A model generated the notes under the pieces. That model was not told the DNA's origin. It worked only from the letters and a program-made list of their open reading frames with translations, and made no database searches. The translations under genes were made by a program, and so were the position numbers. This document shows, piece by piece, positions 9,601 through 20,521 of a stretch of 64,000 nt of DNA; within the stretch, counting starts at the first letter, position 1; each line of letters starts with the position of its first letter. The stretch comes from an uncultured Gemmatimonadales bacterium (GTDB lineage: Bacteria; Gemmatimonadota; Gemmatimonadetes; Gemmatimonadales; GWC2-71-9): contig CAWHFW010000005.1 in the NCBI GenBank assembly GCA_963828735.1, positions 1,440,001 through 1,504,000 of the forward strand, read 5' to 3'.

Positions 9601-11448
9601 CTAGGCGCTGGACTGGGACCGAGCCAGCGCCGCCGCGCAGTTGATCAGCGCGATGTGGGTGAAGGCCTGCGGAAAGTTGCCGAGGAACGCGCCCGTGGGT
9701 GGGTCGATCTCCTCGGAATAGAGCCCGACGTGATTGGCGTGGCGCAGCATGCGGCGGAACACCCGCTCGGCGCGCTCCCGCTCGCCGATCATCGTCAGGG
9801 CCTGCGCCAGCCAGAAGGTGCAGATCGAGAAGGCGCCTTCTTCCCCTTCCAAACCATCCGAATGACGGTACCGATACACCAGCTCGCCATCGGCGCTGGT
9901 GAGCTCGCGGGCGACCGCGAGCACGGTCGTCTGGACTCGCGGATGGCTCCACGGAAGGAAGCGCACCATCGGGATGGCGAGCGCCGCGGCGTCGAGCGCG
10001 TCGTCGTCGTACGCCTGCGTGAACGATTGGTGCCGCTCGCTCCACCCGCGGACCAGGATCTCCGCGTGGAGCGTATCGCGCTGGACCTTCCATTCGGCGG
10101 CGTTGCCTTCCAGCCCGAGCTCTTCGGCCATGCGGACGCCGCGATCCATCGCCACCCAGCTCATGACCTTGCTGAAGACGTAGTGGCGCACCTCGCCCCG
10201 CACCTCCCAGATGCTGGAATCGGGAAGCTGCCAGTTTCGGCTTACCCAGTCCACCAGGCCGCGCAGGACCCGCCAGGTGCCTTCCGTCATCTCGTGGTTA
10301 CGGCGCCAGATGTCGGCCGTCTCGAGAACCTCGCCGTAGACGTCGAGCTGCAGCTGTCCCGCGGCACCATTTCCGACCCGCACGGGCCGTGATCCGCGGT
10401 AGCCGGACAGGTGATCGAGCTGCCGCTCCACCAGGTCGCGGCGCCCGTCGATCCCGTACATGATCTGCAGGTGGCCCCCGCCCTCGTGGCGGCACACCTT
10501 CTTCAGGAAGCGCATGAACTCGTCGGCCTCGCGTCGGTGGCCCACCGCGTCGAGAGCGGCCAGGGTGAACGCCGCGTCCCGGAGCCACACGAAGCGGTAG
10601 TCCCAGTTCCGAATGCCGCCGATGGTCTCGGGCAGCGAGGTCGTCGGGGCGGCGATGATCGCGCCGGTCTCCGCGTGGGTGAGTAACTTGAGCACGAGCG
10701 CCGAGCGCTTGACCATGCCGCGGAACGGTCCGCTGTACCGGACGCCAGCCGCCCAACGGGCCCAGAAGGCCGCCGTGATGTCAAGCTTGCGCTGGCTTTC
10801 GTAGCGGTCCACCGGGTGGATGTCGTCGTCGTCGTAGCGCAGCACCACCCAGCGCTCCTCGCCCTTCTCGGCGGTGAAGCGAGCGGTCGCGGCGGACTGC
10901 TCGACGAGCCATTCGAACGGCTTGGCGCTCGAGAGCGTGAGGACCTGGTCGGTGCGGTCGGTGGCGAAGAGCCCGTTCCGAAGCAACTCGAGCCGCGTGG
11001 CCCGGGCCCCGTACTCGAAGCGCGGCATGAAGATCATCTGCATCGGCACCCGGCCGCGGGTGCAACGGACCTGCCGGTGGATCTCCGGGTGCGGGCTGGA
11101 CGGACGGCCGTCCTCGTCGACCGGCATGAAGTCGGTCAGGACGACGACCCCGCCCGCGGTGCGGAACGTGGTCTCGAGGATGTTGGTGCGAGGGAGGTAC
11201 CGCTGGGTGGAGGTCCACTCCACCGCGGGCCGGACCGACCAGGTCCCGCCGCGCTCCTGGTCCAGGATGGCGGCGAAGACGCTACCGCTGTCGAACCGTG
11301 GGAGGCAACACCAGTCGATCGCGCCGTCCAAAGCGATCAGCGCCGCGGTCCGCATGTCACCGATCAGCCCGTAGTCACTCAAGGCAGGGGCCGCCGTCGG
11401 CCGGCGATCCGCCGCGTCGGGCGCAGAATCGAACTGGAGGTTCGTCAT
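9601..11448 (-). CDS. Glycoside hydrolase family 15 (trehalase/glucoamylase-like)
   Basis: DYGLIGD, AAPTTSLPE.IGG.RNWDYRFVWLRD, QLDVYGE, SIWEVRG, LGNFPQAFTH motifs. Confidence 0.92.
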   Translation of the reverse strand: MTNLQFDSAPDAADRRPTAAPALSDYGLIGDMRTAALIALDGAIDWCCLPRFDSGSVFAAILDQERGGTWSVRPAVEWTSTQRYLPRTNILETTFRTAGGVVVLTDFMPVDEDGRPSSPHPEIHRQVRCTRGRVPMQMIFMPRFEYGARATRLELLRNGLFATDRTDQVLTLSSAKPFEWLVEQSAATARFTAEKGEERWVVLRYDDDDIHPVDRYESQRKLDITAAFWARWAAGVRYSGPFRGMVKRSALVLKLLTHAETGAIIAAPTTSLPETIGGIRNWDYRFVWLRDAAFTLAALDAVGHRREADEFMRFLKKVCRHEGGGHLQIMYGIDGRRDLVERQLDHLSGYRGSRPVRVGNGAAGQLQLDVYGEVLETADIWRRNHEMTEGTWRVLRGLVDWVSRNWQLPDSSIWEVRGEVRHYVFSKVMSWVAMDRGVRMAEELGLEGNAAEWKVQRDTLHAEILVRGWSERHQSFTQAYDDDALDAAALAIPMVRFLPWSHPRVQTTVLAVARELTSADGELVYRYRHSDGLEGEEGAFSICTFWLAQALTMIGERERAERVFRRMLRHANHVGLYSEEIDPPTGAFLGNFPQAFTHIALINCAAALARSQSSA

Positions 11449-11533
11449 CGTCCCAAGTATAACGCCGACCCTGAGGGAACTTGCATGGGCTCCGCGACCC
11501 GTCCACCTTCCTAGGTCCTTTCCCACCGACCGC

Positions 11534-12898
11534 ATGCGTCTCGTTCAGCCACACGCGATCGCCCTGCTCCTGCTGGCGATCGCCGGAATCGCGGCCTGCC
11601 GGCACGCGCCGCCCGACGGCGTCGCGCTGATCGGGGCCACCCTCATCGACGGGAGCGGCGGGCCGCCGCTACCCGACGCGGTGATCGTCGTGCGCCGCGG
11701 CCGCATCGAATCCGTCGGGACCCGGGCTGGCTTCGAGCTGCCCGCCAAAACGGTCGAGGTGAACGTCGCCGGGCGATGGATCATCCCCGGCCTGATCGAC
11801 GCGCACGCACATGTGGAGCGATGGGCGCTTCCCAGATACCTCGCCTGGGGCGTCACCACGGTGCGCGATCTCCACGGGCAGCTCGATTCCATCCTGCACC
11901 TGCGCGAACAGGTCAACACCGGCGCCGTCCGGGGGCCGCGCATCTACAGCGCGGGCGCGATGATCGACGGCCTGCCCACGACGTACCCCGACGCCCTCGG
12001 CGCCAACAGCCCGCGCGACGCCCGCAAGGCGGTGGATCGTCTGGTCAACGCGGGCGCCGATCTGATCAAGGTCTACACCCGGGTGGACCAGACGCTTCTC
12101 ACGGCGGTGCTCGACGAGGCACACACGTTCAATCTTCGCGTCGCCGGCCATCTCGGACTGGTGGACGCCGTCACCGCCGCCAAGGACGGCATCGGGAGCA
12201 TCGAGCACCTGAGCGGCGTCCCCGAGGCCGCGCTCGCCGACGCGTCGTCGCTCAAGGCCGCCCATTACCGCGGCTTCTTCGCTGGCTGGACCGCCTTCGA
12301 GCGAAGCTGGGTAGGACTCGATTCGGCCGAACTGGACCGGGTGGCCAAGGCCGTGGCGGAACAGGGCACGATCATGGTGCCGACCCTCGTTCTGCACGAG
12401 ACCTTCAGCCGCCTCGACGATCCGGCGGTGCTGCAGGACACGATGCTCCGCGCCGTGCCCGAGTTGCAACAGCGGCGGTGGAACGTGCCCGACATGGTCC
12501 GGCGGGCGGGATGGACCACGGAGGACTATCCGTCCTTCCAGGCCGCGCGCCCGCGGCAGGACCAGTTCCTCCGCCTCTTCGCCGCCGCGGGCGGCCGGAT
12601 CGCGACCGGCACCGACGCGTCGAATCAGCTGCTCATCCCGGGATACAGCGAGCACCGGGAGCTGGAGCTACTGGTCGGGGCGGGCCTGTCGCCCCGCGAC
12701 GCCCTCCTCGCCGGCACACGGAACGGAGCGCTGGTGCTGGGCGTCGATTCGCTCGGGCTCATCGCTCCCGGCAAGGCGGCTGACCTCGTGGTCCTGCGAC
12801 AGGACCCGCTGGCCGACATCCGGAATACCCTCGCCATCGACCGCGTCATGCTGCGCGGCTCCCTGTTCTCCGCCGACTCCATTCGAAAGGGCTGGTAG
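11534..12898 (+). CDS. Amidohydrolase family lipoprotein
   Basis: Lipobox IAAC; PGLIDAHAH, SIEH, GTDA, GLIAPGKAADLVVL motifs. Confidence 0.88.
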   Translation: MRLVQPHAIALLLLAIAGIAACRHAPPDGVALIGATLIDGSGGPPLPDAVIVVRRGRIESVGTRAGFELPAKTVEVNVAGRWIIPGLIDAHAHVERWALPRYLAWGVTTVRDLHGQLDSILHLREQVNTGAVRGPRIYSAGAMIDGLPTTYPDALGANSPRDARKAVDRLVNAGADLIKVYTRVDQTLLTAVLDEAHTFNLRVAGHLGLVDAVTAAKDGIGSIEHLSGVPEAALADASSLKAAHYRGFFAGWTAFERSWVGLDSAELDRVAKAVAEQGTIMVPTLVLHETFSRLDDPAVLQDTMLRAVPELQQRRWNVPDMVRRAGWTTEDYPSFQAARPRQDQFLRLFAAAGGRIATGTDASNQLLIPGYSEHRELELLVGAGLSPRDALLAGTRNGALVLGVDSLGLIAPGKAADLVVLRQDPLADIRNTLAIDRVMLRGSLFSADSIRKGW

Positions 12899-12902
12899 GC
12901 GG

Positions 12903-13220
12903 ATGGCGCTCGGCCGCGTTCTCCTGGCCTGCGCCGCGGTCGCGGCGTGGCTGGTCGGATGGCAGTCGGCGGAACGCCGACGCGCCGGTGGGCCCGTCCT
13001 ACCGCCGGCCCGGGAGCTCGGTGAGCTCGCCGGCGAGGCATTGCTGGTGACCCTGTTCGGCGCCCTCTGGTTCGGCAGTCTCGGCGCGGGCGCGTGGTGG
13101 CTCGTGTTCCTCCTGGTCGGCGCGCTTCGGGAGTGGCCGATCCGGTCCCCGCGCGAGGTCGCGCGCATCTTTCGGCTGGTCGGGGCTGGCGGCCTCCTCG
13201 CGTGGGTCGTCCCCTCGTGA
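12903..13220 (+). CDS. Small hypothetical membrane protein
   Basis: Several hydrophobic helices; 4 nt after upstream stop and overlapping the next start. Confidence 0.65.
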   Translation: MALGRVLLACAAVAAWLVGWQSAERRRAGGPVLPPARELGELAGEALLVTLFGALWFGSLGAGAWWLVFLLVGALREWPIRSPREVARIFRLVGAGGLLAWVVPS

Positions 13221-14101
13221 GCCCCACGGTGCTCGAGCGCCTGTCGCTCTACTTCAGCGCGCTCCACACCCGCCAAGCGCTGGTCGCCCGGGCCGCGATG
13301 GGCGTGAGAGATGTCGAGGACGCTGGGCTGGCGGCCCGACTGACCAGCGAGCTCGCGGCGGAGATTCGGAGCGACGGCAGCGTCGGCGGCGCAGCGGTGC
13401 CCACGATCTGGCGGGTGCACGAGCTGATGGACCTGGGGCGATCCGTCGACGACCCCGCCGTGGCGCGCGCCGTCCGCTGGATCCTCGATCGGCAGGGGGT
13501 ACCGGGCGCGTACGGCGAGGGATGCGACAAGACCCGCCATGCGCAGCGCGTCTGCCAGCACTACATCGCCGGTTTCTTCTCCCCGGCGGCGGCGACGGAG
13601 CGGCTGGCGCCGATCACGCTGCCCAACGGCAAGGCCTTCCGCGCCGAGCCGGCGGCACGGTTCGCGATCAGCTGCCTCGCGCTTCGCGCGGTACTTCGAG
13701 CGGGAGTCCAGGACCGATCCTCGGTCGTCCGCCATCTCGACAGCCTTCGCCTCCTGGCCGAGGGGTGGACCGAGTGGAATGGCTTCTTCGCCCCCGACGC
13801 GATCGTCGCCGGAATCCACGCACTCGCGCTCGGCGGGCCGGCGTACCGCGCGACCGTCGAGCGGTTGGTCGAGGTGGTGGCGTCGCAGCAGCGGCTCGAC
13901 GGACAGTGGGCCAGCGCCGACCTGTTCCAGACCATCGAGGCCCTGGTGGCGAGCGACCTCCCGTCCGCCAAGGCCACGGTCCGCCGCGCGGTGCGGGTCC
14001 TCGAGGAACGCCAGCGGCCGGATGGCAGTTTCGGCACGACTGCCCAGCAGGAGCGCGCACTGATCGGCGTCCGGGCACTGCTCTGGGTGGGAATGACCTG
14101 A
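13217..14101 (+). CDS. Hypothetical protein with prenyltransferase/terpene-cyclase-like (QW) repeats
   Basis: GTGA overlap; IRSDGSV, QRLDGQW, QRPDGSF motifs. Confidence 0.65.
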   Translation: MSPTVLERLSLYFSALHTRQALVARAAMGVRDVEDAGLAARLTSELAAEIRSDGSVGGAAVPTIWRVHELMDLGRSVDDPAVARAVRWILDRQGVPGAYGEGCDKTRHAQRVCQHYIAGFFSPAAATERLAPITLPNGKAFRAEPAARFAISCLALRAVLRAGVQDRSSVVRHLDSLRLLAEGWTEWNGFFAPDAIVAGIHALALGGPAYRATVERLVEVVASQQRLDGQWASADLFQTIEALVASDLPSAKATVRRAVRVLEERQRPDGSFGTTAQQERALIGVRALLWVGMT

Positions 14102-14227
14102 TCCTCGACGCAGCTCGGCCGGTATGTTCGACCGGAGGGCAGGTGTAACTTCCGGACGGATACGACGCCCCGGGCATGAGCCCGCCGCGATCCCTCGATT
14201 CCCTGGCGACTCTCTGACGGCGCGATC

Positions 14228-15304
14228 ATGACGGATACCCCCACCGCCTCCAAGCCCCGGCTCCGGCTCACGTCCCTCTCGCATGGAGCGGGCTGCGCCT
14301 GCAAGCTGGGCTCGGTGGACCTCGGCCAGGTGCTGCGGCACCTGCCGACCGTCGTGGATCCGCGCGTTCTGGTGGACGCCGCGACGCGGGACGATGCCGC
14401 CGTGTTCCGCCTGAGCGACGACCGCGCGCTCGTCGCGACGACCGACTTCTTCACGCCTATCGTGGACGACCCACGGGCCTGGGGTGCGATCGCGGCGGCG
14501 AATGCCCTGAGCGACATCTACGCGATGGGCGGGACCCCGCTCTTCGCGCTCAACCTGGTCGGGTGGCCCCGAGACAAGGTCCCCTTCGACGTACTGGGCG
14601 AGGTGCTGGCGGGCGCGGTCGAGATCACGGAGCGCGCGCGCTGCCCGATGCTCGGCGGACACTCGATCGACGTGCTGGAGCCGATCTTCGGCCTCGTGGC
14701 AATCGGCGAGGTGCACCCCGATCGGGCGCTCACCAATGCCGGCGCCTGCGCCGGCGATTTGCTCGTGCTCACGAAGCCGCTGGGCACCGGCATCCTGTCG
14801 ACGGCGCTCAAGCGCGATGCGTTGCTCGAGGCGGGGATGGCGGAGGCGGTCCGCTCGATGACCACGCTCAACGAGGGCGCCGCGCGCGCGGCCCTCGCCG
14901 TAGGCGTCAGCGCCGCCACCGACGTCACCGGGTTCGGCCTCCTCGGCCATCTGGGGAACATGCTGCTGGCGAGCAAGGTGGGCGCTGAGATCGCGTTTGA
15001 AGCGCTGCCGATCCTGCCGCATGCGCTGAGCCTCGCGGGCCGCGGGATCGTTCCGGGCGGATCGCAGCGGAACCTGGCGGCCGCCGACCAGGTGGAATGG
15101 GCCGAGGATCTCACGCCGACCGAGCGGATCATCTGCGTGGACGCCCAGACCTCGGGCGGGCTGCTGCTGGCCGTGCCGCCAGAGAACGAGGCGGCGCTCC
15201 TGGCAGCGTTACGCCAGGCGGAGACCCCGGCCACGGCCGTGATCGGCCGGCTCACCGAGGGTCCGGCCGGCCGGGTGCGGGTGACCCGGAAGCTCGAGCG
15301 ATAA
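14228..15304 (+). CDS. selD: Selenide, water dikinase (selenophosphate synthetase), Cys form
   Basis: SHGAGCACK, DDAAV, TTDFFTPIVDDP, AANALSDIYAMGG, GGHS, TDVTGFGLLGH, DAQTSGGLL. Confidence 0.96.
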   Translation: MTDTPTASKPRLRLTSLSHGAGCACKLGSVDLGQVLRHLPTVVDPRVLVDAATRDDAAVFRLSDDRALVATTDFFTPIVDDPRAWGAIAAANALSDIYAMGGTPLFALNLVGWPRDKVPFDVLGEVLAGAVEITERARCPMLGGHSIDVLEPIFGLVAIGEVHPDRALTNAGACAGDLLVLTKPLGTGILSTALKRDALLEAGMAEAVRSMTTLNEGAARAALAVGVSAATDVTGFGLLGHLGNMLLASKVGAEIAFEALPILPHALSLAGRGIVPGGSQRNLAAADQVEWAEDLTPTERIICVDAQTSGGLLLAVPPENEAALLAALRQAETPATAVIGRLTEGPAGRVRVTRKLER

Positions 15305-15330
15305 CCGGCCGCGCCCGACCGGCCTCACCG

Positions 15331-15555
15331 ATGTCTCCCGTCCGCTGGACTGCCGATCGCATGGATCAGCTCGAGAGCGCGGCGCGCCGCGGCCAGCGGG
15401 TCGCGCTCTCGCGCCGCGGCACGGAGTACATCGTCGTCGCCCTCCGGGTGACGACCGAGGACCGCCATGAGGTGCTGGTCGGCTACCTGCCCATGACCGG
15501 CGACGAGCTGACCTTCCGGCTGGATCAGATCGACAGCTTCCAGGTCGTCGGGTGA
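15331..15555 (+). CDS. Small hypothetical protein
   Basis: MSPVRWTADRMDQLESAARRGQRVALSRRGTEYIVVA...; GC3-biased codons; stop overlaps rnhA start. Confidence 0.65.
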   Translation: MSPVRWTADRMDQLESAARRGQRVALSRRGTEYIVVALRVTTEDRHEVLVGYLPMTGDELTFRLDQIDSFQVVG

Positions 15556-16175
15556 GCGGTATCGCGGTCCTGCACCTCGACGAGAGCTGCCTCGGCAATG
15601 GCCGCGAAGGCGAGAACCCAGGGGGCGGGGGCGGACTCATCGAGGCCCGGAGCGGCAGCCGGCGGATCCAGCGAAGGGACTTCTATATCAGTGCGCCGGC
15701 CACGACCAACAACCGGATGGCCCTCGCCGGCGCGACCGCGGCATTGGACCTTCTGGCCAAGAAAGGTGCGCGGCTCAAGGTCCTCATGGTTTCCGATTCG
15801 CAATACCTGGTGAAGGGCATGCGCGAATGGGTCCCTGGGTGGGTCGTGCGGGGATGGAGGCGGAAGGAAGGCCCGATCGAAAACCTCGAGCTCTGGAAGG
15901 CCCTGCTCGCGAGCTCGCGACGGCACGACGTGCAGTGGACCTGGGTGCGCGGGCACAAGGGTCACGCGAAGAACGAGTACGCCAACGACCTCGCGGTGAA
16001 GGCCGCCCGGGAGCAGATCGCGTCGGACGGAATCGTGGAATCGGGATTCGGGGAGTGGCTGGCGGGAAACCAGACGAAGGGACTGTACCTCGAGTACGAT
16101 CCGGATGAGGCGTTCGCGGCCCTCGAGCGGCGGCTGGCCGCGGACGAGGCATTCGCCTTGGCGGAGGGGCGCTAG
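15552..16175 (+). CDS. rnhA: Ribonuclease HI
   Basis: LDESCLGN, TTNNRMAL, SDSQYLVKGM..W...W, ENLELWKAL, WVRGHKGHAKNEYANDLA. Confidence 0.92.
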   Translation: MSGIAVLHLDESCLGNGREGENPGGGGGLIEARSGSRRIQRRDFYISAPATTNNRMALAGATAALDLLAKKGARLKVLMVSDSQYLVKGMREWVPGWVVRGWRRKEGPIENLELWKALLASSRRHDVQWTWVRGHKGHAKNEYANDLAVKAAREQIASDGIVESGFGEWLAGNQTKGLYLEYDPDEAFAALERRLAADEAFALAEGR

Positions 16176-16284
16176 ACGCGATCGAGTCGCGATCAGGCGC
16201 TCGAGCGGCGGAAGGCCCCGGACTGACGCGCAGGCTCGATCCATCCGTACCCTCAGCGGACTCGTCGCCGCGGCATCGGCTTCC

Positions 16285-16313
16285 TTGACACTGTTCTCGG
16301 CGACCTCTAACCT
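16285..16313 (+). promoter_or_regulatory. sigma70-type promoter
   Basis: TTGACA-N17-TAACCT upstream of 16344. Confidence 0.65.
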
Positions 16314-16343
16314 GCGACACCGACCGTCTCCCGCGAGGCCCGA

Positions 16344-17012
16344 GTGACCGATCTGGAGCGCTTCTTTCGGCAGCTCGTCGCGAATCTCGCCGCGAGCGAT
16401 CCGGCACGCCTCCACCATCCGATCCCGCTCGAGGACATCCAGGAGTCGATCGTCCCCTACCGGTCGAACCGACGCGCCCTCCATCTGGACAGCAGCGAGG
16501 ACTACGAGATGGTCCTGCTGCGCCTGTGCGCGGGAGAGGGGAATCTGGTGCGTACCGAGCCGGAGCAGGCCCGTGTGCGCTTTGCCGAAGAGCTTGGGAG
16601 CCCCAATCCCGATCTGGACGTGCTCCACAAGATCGAGCACGTCGTGGTGTCCCTGCGCTCGGAGCCCCTGGCGCGCGCGCTCGAACCCGAGCCGGACGAG
16701 CACCTGCCGTATGCACCGCCGTCGTTCTCGGCGCCGCCCGTCCTGCCCGCGCCGGCACTCGACCTTCCCGAGCTCGACACGATGGAGCCGCTCGACGACC
16801 TGGTCGGCGAGGACGTTGCGGACGAACACCAGGTGGCAGGGGCGCCGCATTGCCTGTATTGCGGAGACACGCTGCCCGCCGACCGGGCGGTGCGCTTCTG
16901 CCCGCATTGCGGCCAGCGTCAGGCGCCTCCGGAGTGCCCCCACTGTCACAACGAGGTCGAGCCTGGCTGGCGACACTGCGTGAGCTGCGGGGCGGCGCTC
17001 GGGGAACGGTGA
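16344..17012 (+). CDS. Double zinc-ribbon domain protein
   Basis: C-terminal CLYC..CPHC..CPHC..CVSC; acidic/Pro linker. Confidence 0.8.
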   Translation: MTDLERFFRQLVANLAASDPARLHHPIPLEDIQESIVPYRSNRRALHLDSSEDYEMVLLRLCAGEGNLVRTEPEQARVRFAEELGSPNPDLDVLHKIEHVVVSLRSEPLARALEPEPDEHLPYAPPSFSAPPVLPAPALDLPELDTMEPLDDLVGEDVADEHQVAGAPHCLYCGDTLPADRAVRFCPHCGQRQAPPECPHCHNEVEPGWRHCVSCGAALGER

Positions 17013-17047
17013 GTCGGGCCGGCGCCGATATTCTGTTTCGGTGAGGT

Positions 17048-18310
17048 ATGCCAATGGCGTGGACCTCCACCCTTCGCCCGCAGGACGTCGTCGCCGTCAT
17101 CATGGGCGGCGGCGCCGGCACCCGCCTCTTCCCGCTGACCAAGGATCGCGCCAAGCCGGCCGTGCCGCTCGCCGGCAAGTACCGCCTGGTCGACATCCCC
17201 ATCAGCAACTGCCTCAACTCCGACCTCCGCCGGATCTTCCTCCTCACCCAGTTCAACAGCGGGTCGCTGCACCGCCACATTCAGGAGAGTTACCGGTTCG
17301 ACAACTTCTCGCCCGGATTCGTCGAGATCCTCGCCGCGGAACAGCGGATCGACCGCACCGACTGGTATCAGGGCACCGCCGACGCCGTGCGTCAGAACCT
17401 GCTCCACGTCAACTCCTATCCGCACCGCCTGGTCCTGATCCTCTCGGGTGACCAGCTCTACCGCATGGACTACCACACCATCCTGGAGCAGCACGTGGCG
17501 AGCGGCGCCGAGGTGACGGTGGCGACCACCCCGGTGGGGGCGCAGGTGGCGGGTGGCTTCGGCATCATGGAGGTGGCGGAGAGCGGACGGATCACCCGCT
17601 TCGTGGAGAAGCCGACGGACCCGGCCGTGCAGGCCGGCCTGCGCGGCTATCCGGATCGGCTGCCGGCGTCGATGGGGATCTACGTGTTTGACCGCGACGT
17701 GCTCGACGACGCGCTGGCCGCACCCGAGGTGGACTTCGGCAAGCACATCATTCCCACGCTCATCGAGACCCGACGGGTCCACGCCTTCCAGCACGAGGGG
17801 TACTGGGAGGACATCGGAACCATTCAGGCGTTCTTCGAGGCGAATCTCGATCTCTGCGAGCCGTTGCCCCAGTTCAACTTCTACGACGCGAACTCGCCGA
17901 TCTACACCCACGCGCGCTACCTCCCGGCCACGAAGATCATCAAGAGCCAGATCGAGCGATCGATCATCGCGGATGGCTGCATCATCAATGACGCCCACAT
18001 CGAGCGCTCGGTCGTCGGTGTGCGCAGCCGGATTCAGTCCGGCGCGACCATCCGCAGCGCGCTTGTGATGGGCGCCGACTACTACGACAGCCCTGACCGG
18101 CTGCCCGTGCCCGGCGCCCCGATCATGGGGATCGGGCATGGGGCATGGATCGAGCGGACCATCGTGGACAAGAACGCCCGGATCGGAGATGACGTTCGCA
18201 TCTCGCCCGACGGCAAGCCGACGCTCTTCGACGGGCCGAACTACTACATCCGGGATGGCATCGTGATCATCCCGAAGAACGCGGTCATCATGAGCGGAAC
18301 CGTGATCTGA
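17048..18310 (+). CDS. glgC: Glucose-1-phosphate adenylyltransferase
   Basis: GGGAGTRLFPLTKDRAKPAVP, WYQGTADAV, ILSGDQLYRMDY, FVEKP, ASMGIYVF, YWEDIGTI. Confidence 0.96.
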   Translation: MPMAWTSTLRPQDVVAVIMGGGAGTRLFPLTKDRAKPAVPLAGKYRLVDIPISNCLNSDLRRIFLLTQFNSGSLHRHIQESYRFDNFSPGFVEILAAEQRIDRTDWYQGTADAVRQNLLHVNSYPHRLVLILSGDQLYRMDYHTILEQHVASGAEVTVATTPVGAQVAGGFGIMEVAESGRITRFVEKPTDPAVQAGLRGYPDRLPASMGIYVFDRDVLDDALAAPEVDFGKHIIPTLIETRRVHAFQHEGYWEDIGTIQAFFEANLDLCEPLPQFNFYDANSPIYTHARYLPATKIIKSQIERSIIADGCIINDAHIERSVVGVRSRIQSGATIRSALVMGADYYDSPDRLPVPGAPIMGIGHGAWIERTIVDKNARIGDDVRISPDGKPTLFDGPNYYIRDGIVIIPKNAVIMSGTVI

Positions 18311-18352
18311 GGCCCGGCGGTCCCGGGGCGTGCGGCCACTCGCGCGTTTTGC

Positions 18353-18381
18353 TTGAAGTGGCCCCCGGGCGCGGGCATATT
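18353..18381 (+). promoter_or_regulatory. Possible sigma70-type promoter
   Basis: TTGAAG-N17-CATATT upstream of thiolase. Confidence 0.45.
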
Positions 18382-18428
18382 CCCGGGAGAATGTCGCGCG
18401 TCCGTTCCACCTCTTGGAGTGCCTCCGG

Positions 18429-19640
18429 ATGAGTCGGCCCGCCTGGAGCCCGGGCGTCGTCCTTCTCTCCGGCGTCCGCACCGGCTTTGGCGCCTTCGGG
18501 GGCGCCCTCAAGGACCTCTCCGCCATCGACCTCGGTGTCGTCGCCGGGCGGGCCGCCCTGGATCGGGCCGGCGTCGAGCCCGGCGCCGTCGGTCACGTCA
18601 TTTTCGGCAACGTCCTCCAGACCTCCGCCGACGCCCCCTATCTCGCCCGTCACATCGGCCTCAAGGCCGGGCTTCCCATCGAGACCCCTGCCGTCACGGT
18701 CAACAGACTCTGCGGTTCCGGGTTCGAGGCCATCATCCAGGGCGCTCACCGTATCCTGCTCGGTGAAACCGACGTCGTGCTCGCCGGCGGCACGGAATCC
18801 ATGAGCCAGGCGCCGCACGTCGTGCGGAGCGCGCGTTGGGGACTGCGGCTCGGGCCGCCGGCACCGCTCGAGGACTCGCTGTGGGAGGCCCTCCGCGACA
18901 CGCACTGCGGGCTCTCGATGGCCGAAACCGCGGAACGCCTCGCCGAGCGGTACCACATAGGGCGTGAAGCCGTGGACTGCTTCGCCGCGCGGAGCCAGGC
19001 TCGCGCGAAGGCCGCGTGGGACGGCGGCGCGTTCGCCGACGAGGTGGTGCCAGTCACGCTGACGGACCGGAAAACGAAGCAGCCGGTCGCTTGGGCGGCG
19101 GACGAGCACATGCGTCCGGACACGACGCCCGAAGGTCTCGCCAAGCTCCCGCCCTACTTCCGGAAGGATGGCGTGGTGACGGCCGGCAACGCATCCGGCA
19201 TCGGCGATGGCGCGGCCGCGCTGGTAGTCGCGAGCGAGACCTTCGCCCGGGAGCGGGGCCTCGAGCCACTCGGCCGCCTCGTGGGATGGGGCGTTGCCGG
19301 CGTGGACCCCACGATCATGGGCATGGGGCCGGTCCCGGCGGCGCGCCGGGCGCTGGCGGATGCCGCGCTCGCGCTCGAGGACATGGACCTGATCGAGGTC
19401 AACGAGGCGTTCGCCGCCCAGTATCTGGCGGTCGAGCACGAGCTCGGGCTCGACCGGGAGCGCACCAACGTGGACGGCGGCGCCGTGGCCTTGGGCCATC
19501 CCCTGGGCGCCAGCGGCGCTCGGATCACCGCGCATCTGCTCCATGCGCTCCGCCGCCGCGGCGGACGGTACGGCCTTGGCGCCGCCTGCATCGGTGGCGG
19601 ACAGGGCGCCGCGGTTGTCGTCGAAGCCTTTCCCGCCTGA
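18429..19640 (+). CDS. Acetyl-CoA C-acyltransferase (thiolase)
   Basis: [40 protein letters not shown]. Confidence 0.94.
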   Translation: MSRPAWSPGVVLLSGVRTGFGAFGGALKDLSAIDLGVVAGRAALDRAGVEPGAVGHVIFGNVLQTSADAPYLARHIGLKAGLPIETPAVTVNRLCGSGFEAIIQGAHRILLGETDVVLAGGTESMSQAPHVVRSARWGLRLGPPAPLEDSLWEALRDTHCGLSMAETAERLAERYHIGREAVDCFAARSQARAKAAWDGGAFADEVVPVTLTDRKTKQPVAWAADEHMRPDTTPEGLAKLPPYFRKDGVVTAGNASGIGDGAAALVVASETFARERGLEPLGRLVGWGVAGVDPTIMGMGPVPAARRALADAALALEDMDLIEVNEAFAAQYLAVEHELGLDRERTNVDGGAVALGHPLGASGARITAHLLHALRRRGGRYGLGAACIGGGQGAAVVVEAFPA

Positions 19641-19650
19641 GGACCGCTCC

Positions 19651-20520
19651 ATGGAACTCCTGTTGCCACTGCTCGCCGTCGCCGTCCTCTATTCCTTCGT
19701 GAGCCTGCGCGTGGTCCGCCAGTACGAACGCGGCGTGACATTCTTCCTGGGGCGGTTCTGGGGCACCAAGGGCCCGGGACTCATTTTCCTGCCGGCGGGC
19801 TTCGCCGCGCAGAAGCGGGTCTCGCTCCGGATCATGGCGCTCGACATCCCCCCGCAGGACGTGATCACCAGGGACAACGTCTCCGTCAAGGTGAACGCCG
19901 TGCTCTACATGCGGGTGACCGACCCCGCGAAGGCGATCATCGAGATCGAGGACTACCTCTACGCCACGAGCCAGCTCGCCCAGACGACGCTGCGCTCGGT
20001 GCTCGGGGAGGTCGAGCTGGACGAGCTGCTGTCCGATCGTGAGAAGATCAACGCGGTCCTCAAGAAGATCATCGACGAGCGTACGGACCCCTGGGGCATC
20101 GAGGTCTCCGCGGTGGAGGTCAAGGACGTGGATCTTCCCGACCAGATGAAGCGCGCGATGGCGCGCCAGGCGGAGGCCGAGCGTGAGCGGCGCGCCAAGG
20201 TCATCGCGGCCCAGGGCGAGCTGCAGGCTTCGCACACCCTGGCAGAAGCCGCGGCCACGCTCGCGCGCGAGCCCAGCGCCATCCAGCTCCGGTATCTCCA
20301 GACGGTCACCGAGATTGCCGCGGAGAACAACTCGACCACGATCTTTCCGATCCCCATCGAGCTGTTCAAGCCGTTCCTGCAGGCGCAGGCTGCCCGCCCC
20401 GCGTCGCCCCCGGCCGTCGACCAGGGCGAGCCGCCCGGGCCGGCGCTGCCGGCCGCCGATCTCTCCACCCTGATGTCCACGCTCCGCCTCGGCGCAGCCC
20501 GGACGCCGCCGCAGGAATAG
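19651..20520 (+). CDS. SPFH/slipin (stomatin-like) membrane protein
   Basis: [49 protein letters not shown]. Confidence 0.92.
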   Translation: MELLLPLLAVAVLYSFVSLRVVRQYERGVTFFLGRFWGTKGPGLIFLPAGFAAQKRVSLRIMALDIPPQDVITRDNVSVKVNAVLYMRVTDPAKAIIEIEDYLYATSQLAQTTLRSVLGEVELDELLSDREKINAVLKKIIDERTDPWGIEVSAVEVKDVDLPDQMKRAMARQAEAERERRAKVIAAQGELQASHTLAEAAATLAREPSAIQLRYLQTVTEIAAENNSTTIFPIPIELFKPFLQAQAARPASPPAVDQGEPPGPALPAADLSTLMSTLRLGAARTPPQE

Positions 20521-20521
20521 C

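Noticed and set aside
14291..14305. Possible selenocysteine (UGA) in SelD or neighbouring genes
   Set aside because: The SelD active site is encoded as TGC (GCACK), and I saw no in-frame UGA interrupting a recognisable domain in the window.
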